A stretch of 64,000 bases of DNA, taken from the IMG/VR virus record IMGVR_UViG_3300035070_002626, positions 124,001-188,000 of that record; one strand, given 5' to 3'. This document shows positions 47,156 to 56,645 of this stretch, piece by piece (position 1 is the stretch's first letter; every line of letters starts with the position of its first letter). The position numbers and the translations under genes were made by a program. The notes below the pieces were generated by a model. That model was not told the origin of the DNA. It was given only the letters and a program-made list of their open reading frames with translations, and did no database searches.

Positions 47156-47838
47156 CCTAGTTTTTGCATTGTAGGTTTTGCTGTAATATTAAAATAATGC
47201 TTGTTGCCAGCAGCACCATGATGCCCAAACCAGCCATATGTATCATAATCTACTGGTTCATTTATATGTAAGTTTACACTGTAGTATGTGTTTTTGCAAG
47301 TCTGAAATTGCGGTTTTTTTGTCTTTTTGATCAGAGTTTTTATTGTAGGCCAACTTGACTTTTCCATAAAAGGAGTAGACATAACACAAAACATAACTTT
47401 ATCTAATAGAACATCCAATAACAATAATTCTTTTAACGCAGTAGCTTCGGCCCAACTATTGTCCCATCTGTCGATATTTTCTTTTTCAGTTTGGTGCGTT
47501 GGTATTTGCAACAAGCCTGTGTGACACAACTCGGGCTGTGTGTACTGTTGTTGCATAGCATGATTGTAAACTGTATAATGCTGCATCTTACCGGCTTCTC
47601 CTGCAAAGTGTGTAATTCGTCCCATTGGTGGCACTGCAACAATAATAAAATCATCACGGCTGATATCAGTATGTAGAATTGTATGAGAAATACTTTCAAT
47701 GTTATTTCCGGGCCAACTATGGTTGTGTATTTCATCAACTGGCAACAACCCTGCGCAAAGAGCCCACCAACTATCTTGTGGATCAACACAAAAGTTGGGT
47801 GTAGTGTAGCTGTCACCAAACACATAAAGCTTACTCAT
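47143..47838 (-). CDS. SGNH/GDSL-like hydrolase
   Basis: VFGDSYT, PGNN, C-terminal GHHG. Confidence 0.65.
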   Translation of the reverse strand: MSKLYVFGDSYTTPNFCVDPQDSWWALCAGLLPVDEIHNHSWPGNNIESISHTILHTDISRDDFIIVAVPPMGRITHFAGEAGKMQHYTVYNHAMQQQYTQPELCHTGLLQIPTHQTEKENIDRWDNSWAEATALKELLLLDVLLDKVMFCVMSTPFMEKSSWPTIKTLIKKTKKPQFQTCKNTYYSVNLHINEPVDYDTYGWFGHHGAAGNKHYFNITAKPTMQKLGWLV

Positions 47839-48808
47839 TTAGTTTCCTTTGCAGTCTTTTCTTAAACATTTCAATTTTAATCTTGCTCGATTCGGCATGT
47901 TTGTGTATTTGTAGTAGTGTATTTACTACTCCATATTTCACAACTGCATCATTTACGTCTTTAACATCATCTGGCCATTCGGGTATGCTTACTTCAAACT
48001 TGTATTCAACTGCTGCGTCTATAATACTTAATCCTGCTTTGTCTTGGTCAGGAACAACAATGATCCTACGCTTCAGCTGTTTTAGTAATTGTGCTTGCTG
48101 TGGGCTAATAGTATCATGCATGACTGCCAAGCCACTAATGCTTAATGCATCAAAAATCCCTTCAGTGACAATTGCACTAGTCCAGTCTGCTTTTTGCAAG
48201 TCATACCCAAACACATACCCGGGTTGCTGGCTGTTAATAAACTTAGGTGTACGATTGTCCAAGTACCTCGAAGTATGTCCAACGATTCTATTTTTGTATG
48301 TGTATGGAACCACTATCCTATCTCGTATTCCACGTTTCTTGTCAACTAAAAACGGGTATTCTAACACTATTCTCCGACTTGCTAGATAGTCTGAATATCG
48401 TTGATGATCTGCATTGCCGGGATCAATTACTTCAACACCGTCCGGTACTTCAGTTTCATTGAACGCCACGTCTACATGGCGTATTTGATTGCGCTCTGCT
48501 GTTAAGTCTAGCAGACTCTTGCGTTTAAGACTTTCTAAATTAAGACGTTCAACATCAACACTGTCCACACCAAGCCATTCTAGAAAGCGTCTAGCTTTAT
48601 AACTCACCGGCCTACCTGGAGTAAAGCTAGCAGTAAATCCGCAATTAAAGCAATGATAACTCCATTCATCGTCCTGTTGCCGTAGCCCGCCACGACTTCG
48701 TCGATCCGTTGATTCACCGTTGTGAATGCAACACGGAGCATTAAAACTAATCCATCCAGAACTAGTTACTTTATGCTTTGTAGGCAGATAGCTGAGTATG
48801 TCTAACAT
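47831..48808 (-). CDS. DNA primase (T4 gp61-like, zinc finger plus TOPRIM)
   Basis: PCC...YHCFNCG, RIVVP, TEGIFDAL, PDQD, KDVND. Confidence 0.9.
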   Translation of the reverse strand: MLDILSYLPTKHKVTSSGWISFNAPCCIHNGESTDRRSRGGLRQQDDEWSYHCFNCGFTASFTPGRPVSYKARRFLEWLGVDSVDVERLNLESLKRKSLLDLTAERNQIRHVDVAFNETEVPDGVEVIDPGNADHQRYSDYLASRRIVLEYPFLVDKKRGIRDRIVVPYTYKNRIVGHTSRYLDNRTPKFINSQQPGYVFGYDLQKADWTSAIVTEGIFDALSISGLAVMHDTISPQQAQLLKQLKRRIIVVPDQDKAGLSIIDAAVEYKFEVSIPEWPDDVKDVNDAVVKYGVVNTLLQIHKHAESSKIKIEMFKKRLQRKLNE

Positions 48809-49551
48809 TATGCTATTATATTAGCATACTTTATGTGTTCGATCAAGTGTTTTGATATAATTTCATGCCCTTTTTCATTCGGGTGCCCTTTTGCAGCAAA
48901 AAGTCCAACTGATAATTCTTTCTGTTTAGATTGAAGGATCCCCCGCCAATTCATTCCAGGATAAAGTAACGTAGATGATTGTGTTTTCCAATTATTTTCC
49001 AGCACACTAAACTGTAATAATTTTGCACCAGATTTGTTAGCAAAATGATCAAACAAATTAATTGTTTGACGAAAATTGTATTCGCTCCAGCTTCGATGAT
49101 AGCTCATTCCTAGCCATAATTTTTGTAGCTTAAACCAGTTATCATCAATATCAGGATTGGGTTGTGTTAACCAAGTTCCGTGCATGTGACGATTCCATGG
49201 AGGATCTTTACTGCTCACTTCGTGCAACGGATTAAACCAACTTTGTCTGCTACTATCAGTTAATCCTACTAGCCACAACGAATCCTGTAGATCTTGGTTG
49301 TTATTATTTAACAACCAATCCACTGTCCAACGCATGCTTTCGAGGCTGCTACCAGGAAATGCTAGGTTTTCTAATTTAACACCGTAATGATTAGCAACAA
49401 GCCCGGCGTAACAATGATCTAACCGATATTTTGTATTTTCAGTATAATGATCAAGTATTCCTTTATCTGGATGTGCACTGAATTGCGGATCCAATAGTTC
49501 GTCACCATAAGTCCAGCTATCGCCAAATGCTATAATTCGTTTAATAGCCAT
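48808..49551 (-). CDS. SGNH/GDSL-like hydrolase
   Basis: AFGDSWTYG, PGSS, GHPNEKGH. Confidence 0.75.
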   Translation of the reverse strand: MAIKRIIAFGDSWTYGDELLDPQFSAHPDKGILDHYTENTKYRLDHCYAGLVANHYGVKLENLAFPGSSLESMRWTVDWLLNNNNQDLQDSLWLVGLTDSSRQSWFNPLHEVSSKDPPWNRHMHGTWLTQPNPDIDDNWFKLQKLWLGMSYHRSWSEYNFRQTINLFDHFANKSGAKLLQFSVLENNWKTQSSTLLYPGMNWRGILQSKQKELSVGLFAAKGHPNEKGHEIISKHLIEHIKYANIIA

Positions 49552-49561
49552 GTAGTACCTT

Positions 49562-50557
49562 TTATCTATAGAGAATTTGAGTAATTTTTCCGCTGTTTAA
49601 TTTTACTTCTGGTACTGTTATATATCCTTGCCCGGTGGTAACCAACGAAATACTTGATACTGCATTAGCTGCAACTGTAGCTGTAGCTGTTGCGCCTGTT
49701 CCTCGGCCACCTTCGATGTCAACATTAGGATTACCAGTACCATACCATTCAACACCGCCGCCATTTAATGAAATGTTACTAACACGCCCGTCAGCAACTT
49801 CTGCAACTGCACTTGCACTATACCCATATTGGTTAATTTCAAAACGCACCCAATTGTGTGTGCCATCAACGTTGATGTAATCACGTGTGTCTTGATTGCT
49901 GTACACTGTTTGTGATCCGATATCATACCACGGCCCGAGTTGCGAATCACTGCCTTGTGCTTTTACATTACCAGTAAAGTTGTCAAAGTCAAGTTGAAAA
50001 GTTGTCAATGTATTGTCTGCTGTGTATGCTATACTGCTATAATTTCTATCATTGTTTGCTGCTGGTGTATTTTGCTTCAATGGTGAAGGTACTTCGAGTA
50101 TTGCACTCTCTACATAGTTTGGATAAACACTGTCAACAATATCCACTTGTCCTCTACCACTAGAATACGCATCAGTAAAGACTGCTTCAAACAATTCGCC
50201 ACTTGCTCTTTCCAAACTCCAGCTAGCAGTCTGAGCTTCAATACTACTCAACAATTCGTGTGATAAAACCACTTTGGCACGACCATATGCTGCTGACAAT
50301 ATGTCCAAGTCCTTAACAGCCAGTAATTCCTCGCCGTCGGTGCTCATCATTCTGAATGTGATCGTGCTACCTGAAATGTTTACAGGCTTTTGATCTTGGT
50401 TGATAAATTCAAAAAGAATAACATTATCAACTCCTAGGTTCACTTTAAGTTTCTTTGCATACACCGGTTGCCATCTCCTTTGAAAATACGCACCACTGGT
50501 GTCGACTAATAACACCTGTTGCTTTTGTTGATATAAATACACAGTGGTAGAATACAT
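49562..50557 (-). CDS. Putative virion structural protein (BppU-like N-terminus)
   Basis: GVDN.I.FEF.NQDQKPVNI; GGRGTGATATATV...G.GY...P repeat seen in myovirus virion proteins. Confidence 0.65.
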   Translation of the reverse strand: MYSTTVYLYQQKQQVLLVDTSGAYFQRRWQPVYAKKLKVNLGVDNVILFEFINQDQKPVNISGSTITFRMMSTDGEELLAVKDLDILSAAYGRAKVVLSHELLSSIEAQTASWSLERASGELFEAVFTDAYSSGRGQVDIVDSVYPNYVESAILEVPSPLKQNTPAANNDRNYSSIAYTADNTLTTFQLDFDNFTGNVKAQGSDSQLGPWYDIGSQTVYSNQDTRDYINVDGTHNWVRFEINQYGYSASAVAEVADGRVSNISLNGGGVEWYGTGNPNVDIEGGRGTGATATATVAANAVSSISLVTTGQGYITVPEVKLNSGKITQILYR

Positions 50558-50584
50558 TAATTATAACTCCAATACAAGGTATTT

Positions 50585-50962
50585 ATGGGCGTAGAACTCT
50601 TCCAAAAGATCGCTGAGCGATATCCATTTATTACGTTTTGTACATATGCAAAGAACGAATATGTCGGCGTGGTTCAAAATCGAGATGATCAAGTTACAAC
50701 TATATACGATTTTGGTAGCATAGTAAACGATCAACAAAAACGAGATTTTATCGAACTAGCATCGCAGTGGTGGTGGGAAAGTAATCGCAGTATACCTATC
50801 AACATTTTTCTCAAAAATGATTGGGATCAATTTAGGCCTTATCTCAGAACATTTATCAACAAGGACTTGGATATATTGCTTGGGCCTGCAACAAGTTTAG
50901 CAGAACTGTCACGTAAGAAAATTAAACGCCGTAGTATTACTCTTGTTCGCAGAGTAGATTAA
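50585..50962 (+). CDS. Hypothetical protein
   Basis: 125-aa ORF, WWWESNRSIPINIFL. Confidence 0.75.
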   Translation: MGVELFQKIAERYPFITFCTYAKNEYVGVVQNRDDQVTTIYDFGSIVNDQQKRDFIELASQWWWESNRSIPINIFLKNDWDQFRPYLRTFINKDLDILLGPATSLAELSRKKIKRRSITLVRRVD

Positions 50963-51500
50963 GATGCAATGCTACTAGTGTTGCATAGCTAACAGCATGT
51001 GATTTCTTAAACACAAACCCATCACTACTATCACCATCCCACACACTAGCAAACACTTCATCCCATGGCTTGTTTTTCAGGTGTGCTTTACCGGGTCGAA
51101 TAATAGATATAAATGCAGCCATACGCTGTATGTTGTCTGGGCGCATTTCATTGAGTAGTTGTGTATAGTTACCTACATGCACTAGCTTTTGTGCAAGCTC
51201 GTTGTTAGTCCACATCAAGTCCCATTGGGGTTCTTTTGCTAACAATTCGTCATAGTGCTGCTGATCTCGTATTGATGTGTACACACTCATGTTAAGAAAG
51301 TCTAGTTTAAAGTATCCACGACTTTCAGCTTCGTCGTATGTTATACTAGCACAATTGTTTTTTGCATCATACGGAACAGGCGTAACATATACACCGGAGT
51401 TATGACGTCGACCTTGTTCGTTTTGCCTAGCAGAAGTACATTGAATTAAATCAATGATTGCTTGCCTGTCAGCAAAGTCAATGTCGACGTCTGCACTCAT
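50937..51500 (-). CDS. Minimal DNA polymerase III alpha (DnaE)-like catalytic core, 187 aa
   Basis: DVDIDF, HNSGVYV, GYFKLDFL, SIIRPG, FKKSHAVSYA in DnaE order; ATGA coupling at 51497-51500. Confidence 0.85.
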   Translation of the reverse strand: MSADVDIDFADRQAIIDLIQCTSARQNEQGRRHNSGVYVTPVPYDAKNNCASITYDEAESRGYFKLDFLNMSVYTSIRDQQHYDELLAKEPQWDLMWTNNELAQKLVHVGNYTQLLNEMRPDNIQRMAAFISIIRPGKAHLKNKPWDEVFASVWDGDSSDGFVFKKSHAVSYATLVALHLNLLCEQE

Positions 51501-51751
51501 ACTAAGTCGCGAATAAACGAAGTAATATTTGCCACCAAAAACAACCCTGCTGCATATGTAAACCATTGCCCAAGATTAACTGCTGGCAGCTCTGCAACAT
51601 AAATTGCTTCGCCGAGCACAACACCGCCGTTGTACAGTGCATAACATGCACCTAGATATGCAGCTACTTTTATTACACTAAGATAAAACTTTTTGTCTTT
51701 ATGCTTAGGTTTTACTTGAACTTGTGAAATCTTTGGTCGAGTTAGTCCCAT
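51497..51751 (-). CDS. Small two-TM membrane protein
   Basis: AAGGAGA RBS, promoter upstream. Confidence 0.7.
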   Translation of the reverse strand: MGLTRPKISQVQVKPKHKDKKFYLSVIKVAAYLGACYALYNGGVVLGEAIYVAELPAVNLGQWFTYAAGLFLVANITSFIRDLV

Positions 51752-51774
51752 TGGTATCTCCTTTTGTTGCTTTA

Positions 51775-51803
51775 CTTATAACACATGTAATACAACTTGT
51801 CAA
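51775..51803 (-). promoter_or_regulatory. Sigma70-type promoter
   Basis: TTGACA-N17-TATAAG. Confidence 0.65.
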
Positions 51804-51806
51804 CCT

Positions 51807-52508
51807 TTACCAGCCTGCTTTTTTAAGTATTTCTTCTGCATACGCTTTGTCATCTGGATAATCTTTAAACTTTTTCTGCCAGAAGTCTGGATCAATCCAA
51901 GGCCACACTATCTTAATCTGATCACCGTTCATGTTTTCAAGATAGTCTTGCCCAGACTTGCTGTTAAACAATAACCACGGACTAATGCGCCCAGTTGATA
52001 TTGCAAATGCTACAGTGTTTTCGTTTCCATATCGTAAAAAGTCGTGTGCTGGATTGCCAGTTTTGTCACTCCATTTCATGCTGTACTTGATACCACGCTC
52101 AAGTGCATCTTGAAGTGCTTCACGTTTTATATATTGTTGCAAGTATTCATCATACAATGCTTCTTTACACCAGTGATCTATCTTTTTATTATTTGAAAGC
52201 AACCAGTTTAAAAACTTGGGCACATTTATAGCATTAATGGCTTGGCAATATCTTCCCCATGTTACAAACGCTTTGTAGTACGGACTTTTAGCAAAATCTG
52301 CAAATGTTTTTATTTTAGCACTGCCTTGTGTTGTTTCATAGAAACGCAAATAGGCTTGTAAACCTATTTGTACACCTACTTCTTTTTCTTCTTGAAATCT
52401 CTTTTTTGGTTCACACAGATGAACAGACAAACTGTTTTCACGTTTGAACTCACGCTTGCAATATTTGCAAACATAGACTTCACTTTTTGTCTGCGGTGCC
52501 GCTGTCAC
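51807..52508 (-). CDS. Hypothetical protein with an N-terminal C2H2/C2HC zinc finger
   Basis: YVCKYCKREFKRENSLSVHLC. Confidence 0.75.
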   Translation of the reverse strand: MTAAPQTKSEVYVCKYCKREFKRENSLSVHLCEPKKRFQEEKEVGVQIGLQAYLRFYETTQGSAKIKTFADFAKSPYYKAFVTWGRYCQAINAINVPKFLNWLLSNNKKIDHWCKEALYDEYLQQYIKREALQDALERGIKYSMKWSDKTGNPAHDFLRYGNENTVAFAISTGRISPWLLFNSKSGQDYLENMNGDQIKIVWPWIDPDFWQKKFKDYPDDKAYAEEILKKAGW

Positions 52509-52929
52509 GCATGAATTCCTTTAGCTCTTTGTTGGTTATTAACTTACTTAGTAAGTCAATTTCATCTGCTTTCATTGCTGGATACAACTCCATCAGCGTT
52601 TTCTTTGCTATGTTGTTGCCTTTGTCTTTTTTCTTAGGTGCAATCCACTGATGCCTGTGATTTCCCATACCCGGACTAACACTTGTTGCACACAACCATT
52701 GTAGTTTTGGATGCTTGTTGATATCAAAGAAATGCTTGTTAAAACGCTCGTTGCAGGATATCAAATAATATTCTTGTAGTTCGCTGCTTCCTTGCACACT
52801 GCTTCCCCAGCGTATCATAAGATAGTTTGAAAACTTTTTACGCTCTTCGTCAGTGAGACTGTCATAAAAGTCTCGATCTTTACTATCAAAGCAACGCATT
52901 TCGTTTGCTATGTTAAGCTTGTCACTCAT
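52480..52929 (-). CDS. Putative clamp-loader small subunit (gp62-like)
   Basis: KFSNYLMIRW.S, N, HPKLQW, W..PKKK pattern; replication context. Confidence 0.5.
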   Translation of the reverse strand: MSDKLNIANEMRCFDSKDRDFYDSLTDEERKKFSNYLMIRWGSSVQGSSELQEYYLISCNERFNKHFFDINKHPKLQWLCATSVSPGMGNHRHQWIAPKKKDKGNNIAKKTLMELYPAMKADEIDLLSKLITNKELKEFMRDSGTADKK

Positions 52930-53429
52930 TAAAATGCCTGCGTGATGTCAACAATTTCACAGTTCCTAGAGATATCTTTAACAAAGTATACACAACGGGG
53001 ATTAGGGCTGTCGTCAATTGGCACTGCCAACATCTGTCCGTTCTTCAACTTTGGCACATACCAAGTTACATCTTGATACACATCAACAATCTCAATGTTT
53101 AGGTAAGTAGGAGCAAAACTAGTCAACGGATTAAATTCAAAGACCTTGAATCCCCTGTCGTTGATACTAGTAAGTGCTAACATTTCTAAGTCGCCCACAT
53201 CTGGCTCTCCAATCAACACTTGCCAGTCAATGGGCATTTTCATAGTAGTGTTACCAATTTTAAGCACTAGTGCTGGACTATTAAACGTTTCTAGGAAAAT
53301 CAACGGAATGTAAAAATGATCTGCGTTTGCTGGATCGCTGTTATCAAAGATTGCAAAACGCATATCGTCGATTTCTTCTGGCAATGCATCCAACTCGAAT
53401 ACAGTATTATCTAGTGTTAATATTTTCAT
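52929..53429 (-). CDS. Hypothetical beta-rich protein
   Basis: 166-aa ORF, TAATG-coupled to the next gene. Confidence 0.7.
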   Translation of the reverse strand: MKILTLDNTVFELDALPEEIDDMRFAIFDNSDPANADHFYIPLIFLETFNSPALVLKIGNTTMKMPIDWQVLIGEPDVGDLEMLALTSINDRGFKVFEFNPLTSFAPTYLNIEIVDVYQDVTWYVPKLKNGQMLAVPIDDSPNPRCVYFVKDISRNCEIVDITQAF

Positions 53430-53474
53430 AGTTTTTTACATTCTCTATTATTGGTATTTAAATTTTATGTTACT

Positions 53475-53503
53475 AGTATACACGGTGTTATTAACATTGT
53501 CAA
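53475..53503 (-). promoter_or_regulatory. Sigma70-type promoter
   Basis: TTGACA-N17-TATACT. Confidence 0.7.
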
Positions 53504-54162
53504 TCATCCCGGATGAATCCTAGTAGTTTTTTAAAAGAGTCCAAGTCCTTGTACTCAAGTGTTGTTTGCTTCCATTGTCCGTATAATGTCTTTATTGCAT
53601 TCAGTTCATCTATGCTCGGTGTACGGCCAATTATAGTGCATGTTTTTATGAATTCTACTTTAAAATCTTTCCAATCTCCTAAAAAGTTTTTTAATTGAAT
53701 TTTATGCACATCGGTGTTACGAAGCATTTCTTGCCCGTTTTGAAACCAGTTTGCCTGTAGCGAACTATCTTTGTATAGTGCATTCATATACGCCCATTCA
53801 AAGTGATCGCCTGTGTCTATGTAAAAATTGTAGACTTCATCATCTTTCCCTGCCAAATCGTATAGGTTTGTGTGCGAATGACTATTAGTTACAGGATGCC
53901 CAAATACAATGTATACAGCATCAGACAGCAAGGTAGGGTCATGCACTACACGATCTACAGAAAATTCAAAGTCGCACCAGTTTCGGGTATTAAAAGATTT
54001 ATTAATCACAGATGTATAATCTAAAATTTTAAGCTTGTTGCTAGCTGTTAACTCAATATCATCGGGCATTGAATAACAATGTGCATTATCTAATAGGTTC
54101 AAGCATCTAGAAAAAAAATTACCACAAGCCCCAGGCAAAAATGCTATCGACACATATTTCAT
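53500..54162 (-). CDS. Hypothetical protein (possible sulfotransferase/P-loop-like fold)
   Basis: N-terminal FLPGACGNFF motif. Confidence 0.6.
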   Translation of the reverse strand: MKYVSIAFLPGACGNFFSRCLNLLDNAHCYSMPDDIELTASNKLKILDYTSVINKSFNTRNWCDFEFSVDRVVHDPTLLSDAVYIVFGHPVTNSHSHTNLYDLAGKDDEVYNFYIDTGDHFEWAYMNALYKDSSLQANWFQNGQEMLRNTDVHKIQLKNFLGDWKDFKVEFIKTCTIIGRTPSIDELNAIKTLYGQWKQTTLEYKDLDSFKKLLGFIRDD

Positions 54163-54168
54163 TTGGCT

Positions 54169-55632
54169 TCACTCATTCCACTTTAACTTTTCTACAGTAA
54201 ATGGATAGTTTGCTTCTTTGTAAAATTGTTTACGTTTAGTTAAATGCCTTTTGGCAAATCTACAAGTTGACGTTATATCCCAAATTTGCACATGGTCTTT
54301 GTCTTCTGCTTTTCGAATACCACGGCCAATACTTTGTATAACCCTTACAAAACTTTTACCTGGCTCTAGTAGTACAAGATTAAAAATACGTGGTAAATTA
54401 ATACCCACAGCCGCAACACCGTATGTTGCAATAATAATTTTACCAGTTGATGTGGCTATTTCATCATACTCGTCTTGGCGTTCTTTGGATTTGGTTGCAC
54501 CACTTACAAATACAGCGTTGTCTCCTAGTCTGCTTAACAGTTCTTGTCCTGCTGATATTCTGTCTACTAGCACAAGAGTATTACCGGTTTTGTTTACTTC
54601 CAAAACTACTCCGGAGATTGTGTCTAGTCTGCCCTTGTCTTCAAACAGATATTTTAGTTCACTTTGATAGTTTGTAAACTCAGCATTGTCTACTAGCTGC
54701 ACCACATTCACGTGGCAGTTTGCAAGTACACCTTTTTCCTGTAGCTCACTGGCTGCAAGTTGATTGATCACTGGGCCCAGCCCAACGTGCAGTGCTTGAA
54801 ATTCAAATTGTTCTTTGGGCACTGTGCCTGTTAGTCCCCAGCGCAGCGGTATCTGGCTCATTACGCCGGTTAGCAGTGTTTTTAGTGCATCTGCTTTTGC
54901 CATGTGCACTTCGTCAACAATAACAGCCACAACGTCCTCTAAGAACTCGTGTATTGTAATATCTACTTTATGATTCTTGGTATTCTTTAGCAACACGTTT
55001 AAACTTTGCCATGTGCAAATTGTGTGCTTGTGTCCAAATTCTTTTCTGTCACCATAAAACACACCTACATCTAATTGCATGTTTATGTAATCTGCTTCAG
55101 TCTGTGTTACCAGACTTTTGTTTGGAACAATAATAATACTACGCCCGTAATTTTCAACACGTTCGCTCAGTGCCGCAGTCATGATAGTCTTGCCTGCACC
55201 TGTTGCAATTTCTTGTATGCACTGAGGATTTTCTAAAAATCGATTTACAATTTCAACTTGATAGTCACGCAGTTTAACTGACTGCCCAACTGCTGGATGA
55301 TTCTTTGGCCAAAGTATATCAGCATACGATTCTTCAGTTACTGGCTCGAACTTGAATGTGGTTTGATATTCTCTATTGTCTTGGACTTCGATGTCGTAGT
55401 TAAAGTCTTCGAGTATAGGAATAATGTCAGGTAGCAGGTTTAAATATGTACTGCCGCCCATTTGAAAGTATGCAACTTTGCCGTCCCAGCGGCCTAACCG
55501 AACTGCTGGCAAGTATCTTGCATGTGGCACATCATACTTAAAAGTATTAACCAGCTTCTTGCGAACATCCAGTTCTAAGCCAGTGATTTTTAAGTTAACT
55601 TCATCATTTATTACTAGTGTTGCTGTTCTCAT
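54169..55632 (-). CDS. uvsW: SF2 DNA helicase, UvsW-like
   Basis: WDGK, LRDYQ, ATGAGKT, DEVH, GLTGT, QSIGRGIR. Confidence 0.92.
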   Translation of the reverse strand: MRTATLVINDEVNLKITGLELDVRKKLVNTFKYDVPHARYLPAVRLGRWDGKVAYFQMGGSTYLNLLPDIIPILEDFNYDIEVQDNREYQTTFKFEPVTEESYADILWPKNHPAVGQSVKLRDYQVEIVNRFLENPQCIQEIATGAGKTIMTAALSERVENYGRSIIIVPNKSLVTQTEADYINMQLDVGVFYGDRKEFGHKHTICTWQSLNVLLKNTKNHKVDITIHEFLEDVVAVIVDEVHMAKADALKTLLTGVMSQIPLRWGLTGTVPKEQFEFQALHVGLGPVINQLAASELQEKGVLANCHVNVVQLVDNAEFTNYQSELKYLFEDKGRLDTISGVVLEVNKTGNTLVLVDRISAGQELLSRLGDNAVFVSGATKSKERQDEYDEIATSTGKIIIATYGVAAVGINLPRIFNLVLLEPGKSFVRVIQSIGRGIRKAEDKDHVQIWDITSTCRFAKRHLTKRKQFYKEANYPFTVEKLKWNE

Positions 55633-55637
55633 AATGT

Positions 55638-55666
55638 ATTATACCACATTTTTTCCATATAGTCAA
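55638..55666 (-). promoter_or_regulatory. Sigma70-type promoter (leaderless uvsW transcript)
   Basis: TTGACT-N17-TATAAT, 5 nt before ATG. Confidence 0.7.
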
Positions 55667-55676
55667 GATATATCGG

Positions 55677-56549
55677 TTAATAAACAAATACTGATTGTAT
55701 GTTGTTGTAGTTTTTTAAGTTGTCTAAAACTAATTGTTTGTCGTCATACCTTAACTGTGCTATTTTAATATGCCCAGTGGTTAGCTCAGGGTCGCCCCAA
55801 CGGTAGCCCTTATCATTGAAGTACGCTGCATTAGCATCATAAAATTCTTTACATTTATGAATAAAAAAGTTGTCAGTGTTATCATAAAAACCAACTTGAA
55901 AGTCTACGCTGTAGTGCAAATTTGGAACAAAATCATGATGGTGGTCGTCGTCATCAATTGCTAGTGCGTCCAAAGGCTTACCGACATCGGCATACAGAGT
56001 GTACATCCCGCCGAAGTCAACAGTGTTTACAAATAACTTATAATCCTCTTCAGTAAAACGTTCAGTCTTTGGCAAATCAAAGTACACCACTCTAAGTTTT
56101 GGATCAAGCCGTGCATGCCCTTCGCAACGATGTACAGTTTGATTGATGTGGCTGAGGCACTGTCGTAATTGATTTCCCTGTTCAGTCTGAAAAATAGGAT
56201 TAGTTTGCCAAGTATCTAATTGTCCATGATGCAACTCAAATACACTGTGCAGGTAATTCAAGGTATCTTGATCGTTAATGTCAGAAATATTTCTAGTAAA
56301 CATACCCGGGTGTATATTATTACAGGTGTTGATATTTTGATTTAAAAAATCAACTGTATACTGTGCATTCCATTGATCATTGAGATTGTACAATGCCCAA
56401 GGTTCACTGATGTTATCCTGGCGTTGTTGTGCATGTAAGAATCTATCAATCCATTTTGACAGAAAACTACTAGAGATTAAATCAAAGTTCAGATCATAAG
56501 TATCTTGATGATTGTCTTTTTTACTAAGTCTAACAGTTATGTTCTTCAT
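55677..56549 (-). CDS. Hypothetical protein
   Basis: QDTLNYLH..FE, IN..VHRCE, Y..VGK motifs. Confidence 0.7.
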   Translation of the reverse strand: MKNITVRLSKKDNHQDTYDLNFDLISSSFLSKWIDRFLHAQQRQDNISEPWALYNLNDQWNAQYTVDFLNQNINTCNNIHPGMFTRNISDINDQDTLNYLHSVFELHHGQLDTWQTNPIFQTEQGNQLRQCLSHINQTVHRCEGHARLDPKLRVVYFDLPKTERFTEEDYKLFVNTVDFGGMYTLYADVGKPLDALAIDDDDHHHDFVPNLHYSVDFQVGFYDNTDNFFIHKCKEFYDANAAYFNDKGYRWGDPELTTGHIKIAQLRYDDKQLVLDNLKNYNNIQSVFVY

Positions 56550-56567
56550 ATAATCTCGTTTTTCTTT

Positions 56568-56603
56568 TAAAAGGGCGGGCAGTGCATGATGCAACTGCCC
56601 GCC
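56568..56603 (-). terminator. Rho-independent terminator after the AAA ATPase gene
   Basis: GGCGGGCAG/CTGCCCGCC stem followed by TTTT on the minus strand. Confidence 0.7.
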
Positions 56604-56609
56604 AAGTGC

Positions 56610-56643
56610 TAGATCGCCTAGGAGCTAGATATCTGGCGATCTA
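56610..56643 (-). promoter_or_regulatory. 3'UTR hairpin whose loop is complementary to the RBS of the same gene
   Basis: TAGATCGCC/GGCGATCTA stem; loop UCUAGCUCCU pairs with AGGAGCUAGA at 57463-57472. Confidence 0.6.
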
Positions 56644-56645
56644 CT

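Noticed and set aside
50937-51566. DnaE pseudogene fragment
   Set aside because: Motifs spread over several hundred residues of DnaE are all retained in one compact uninterrupted ORF, which argues for selective miniaturisation
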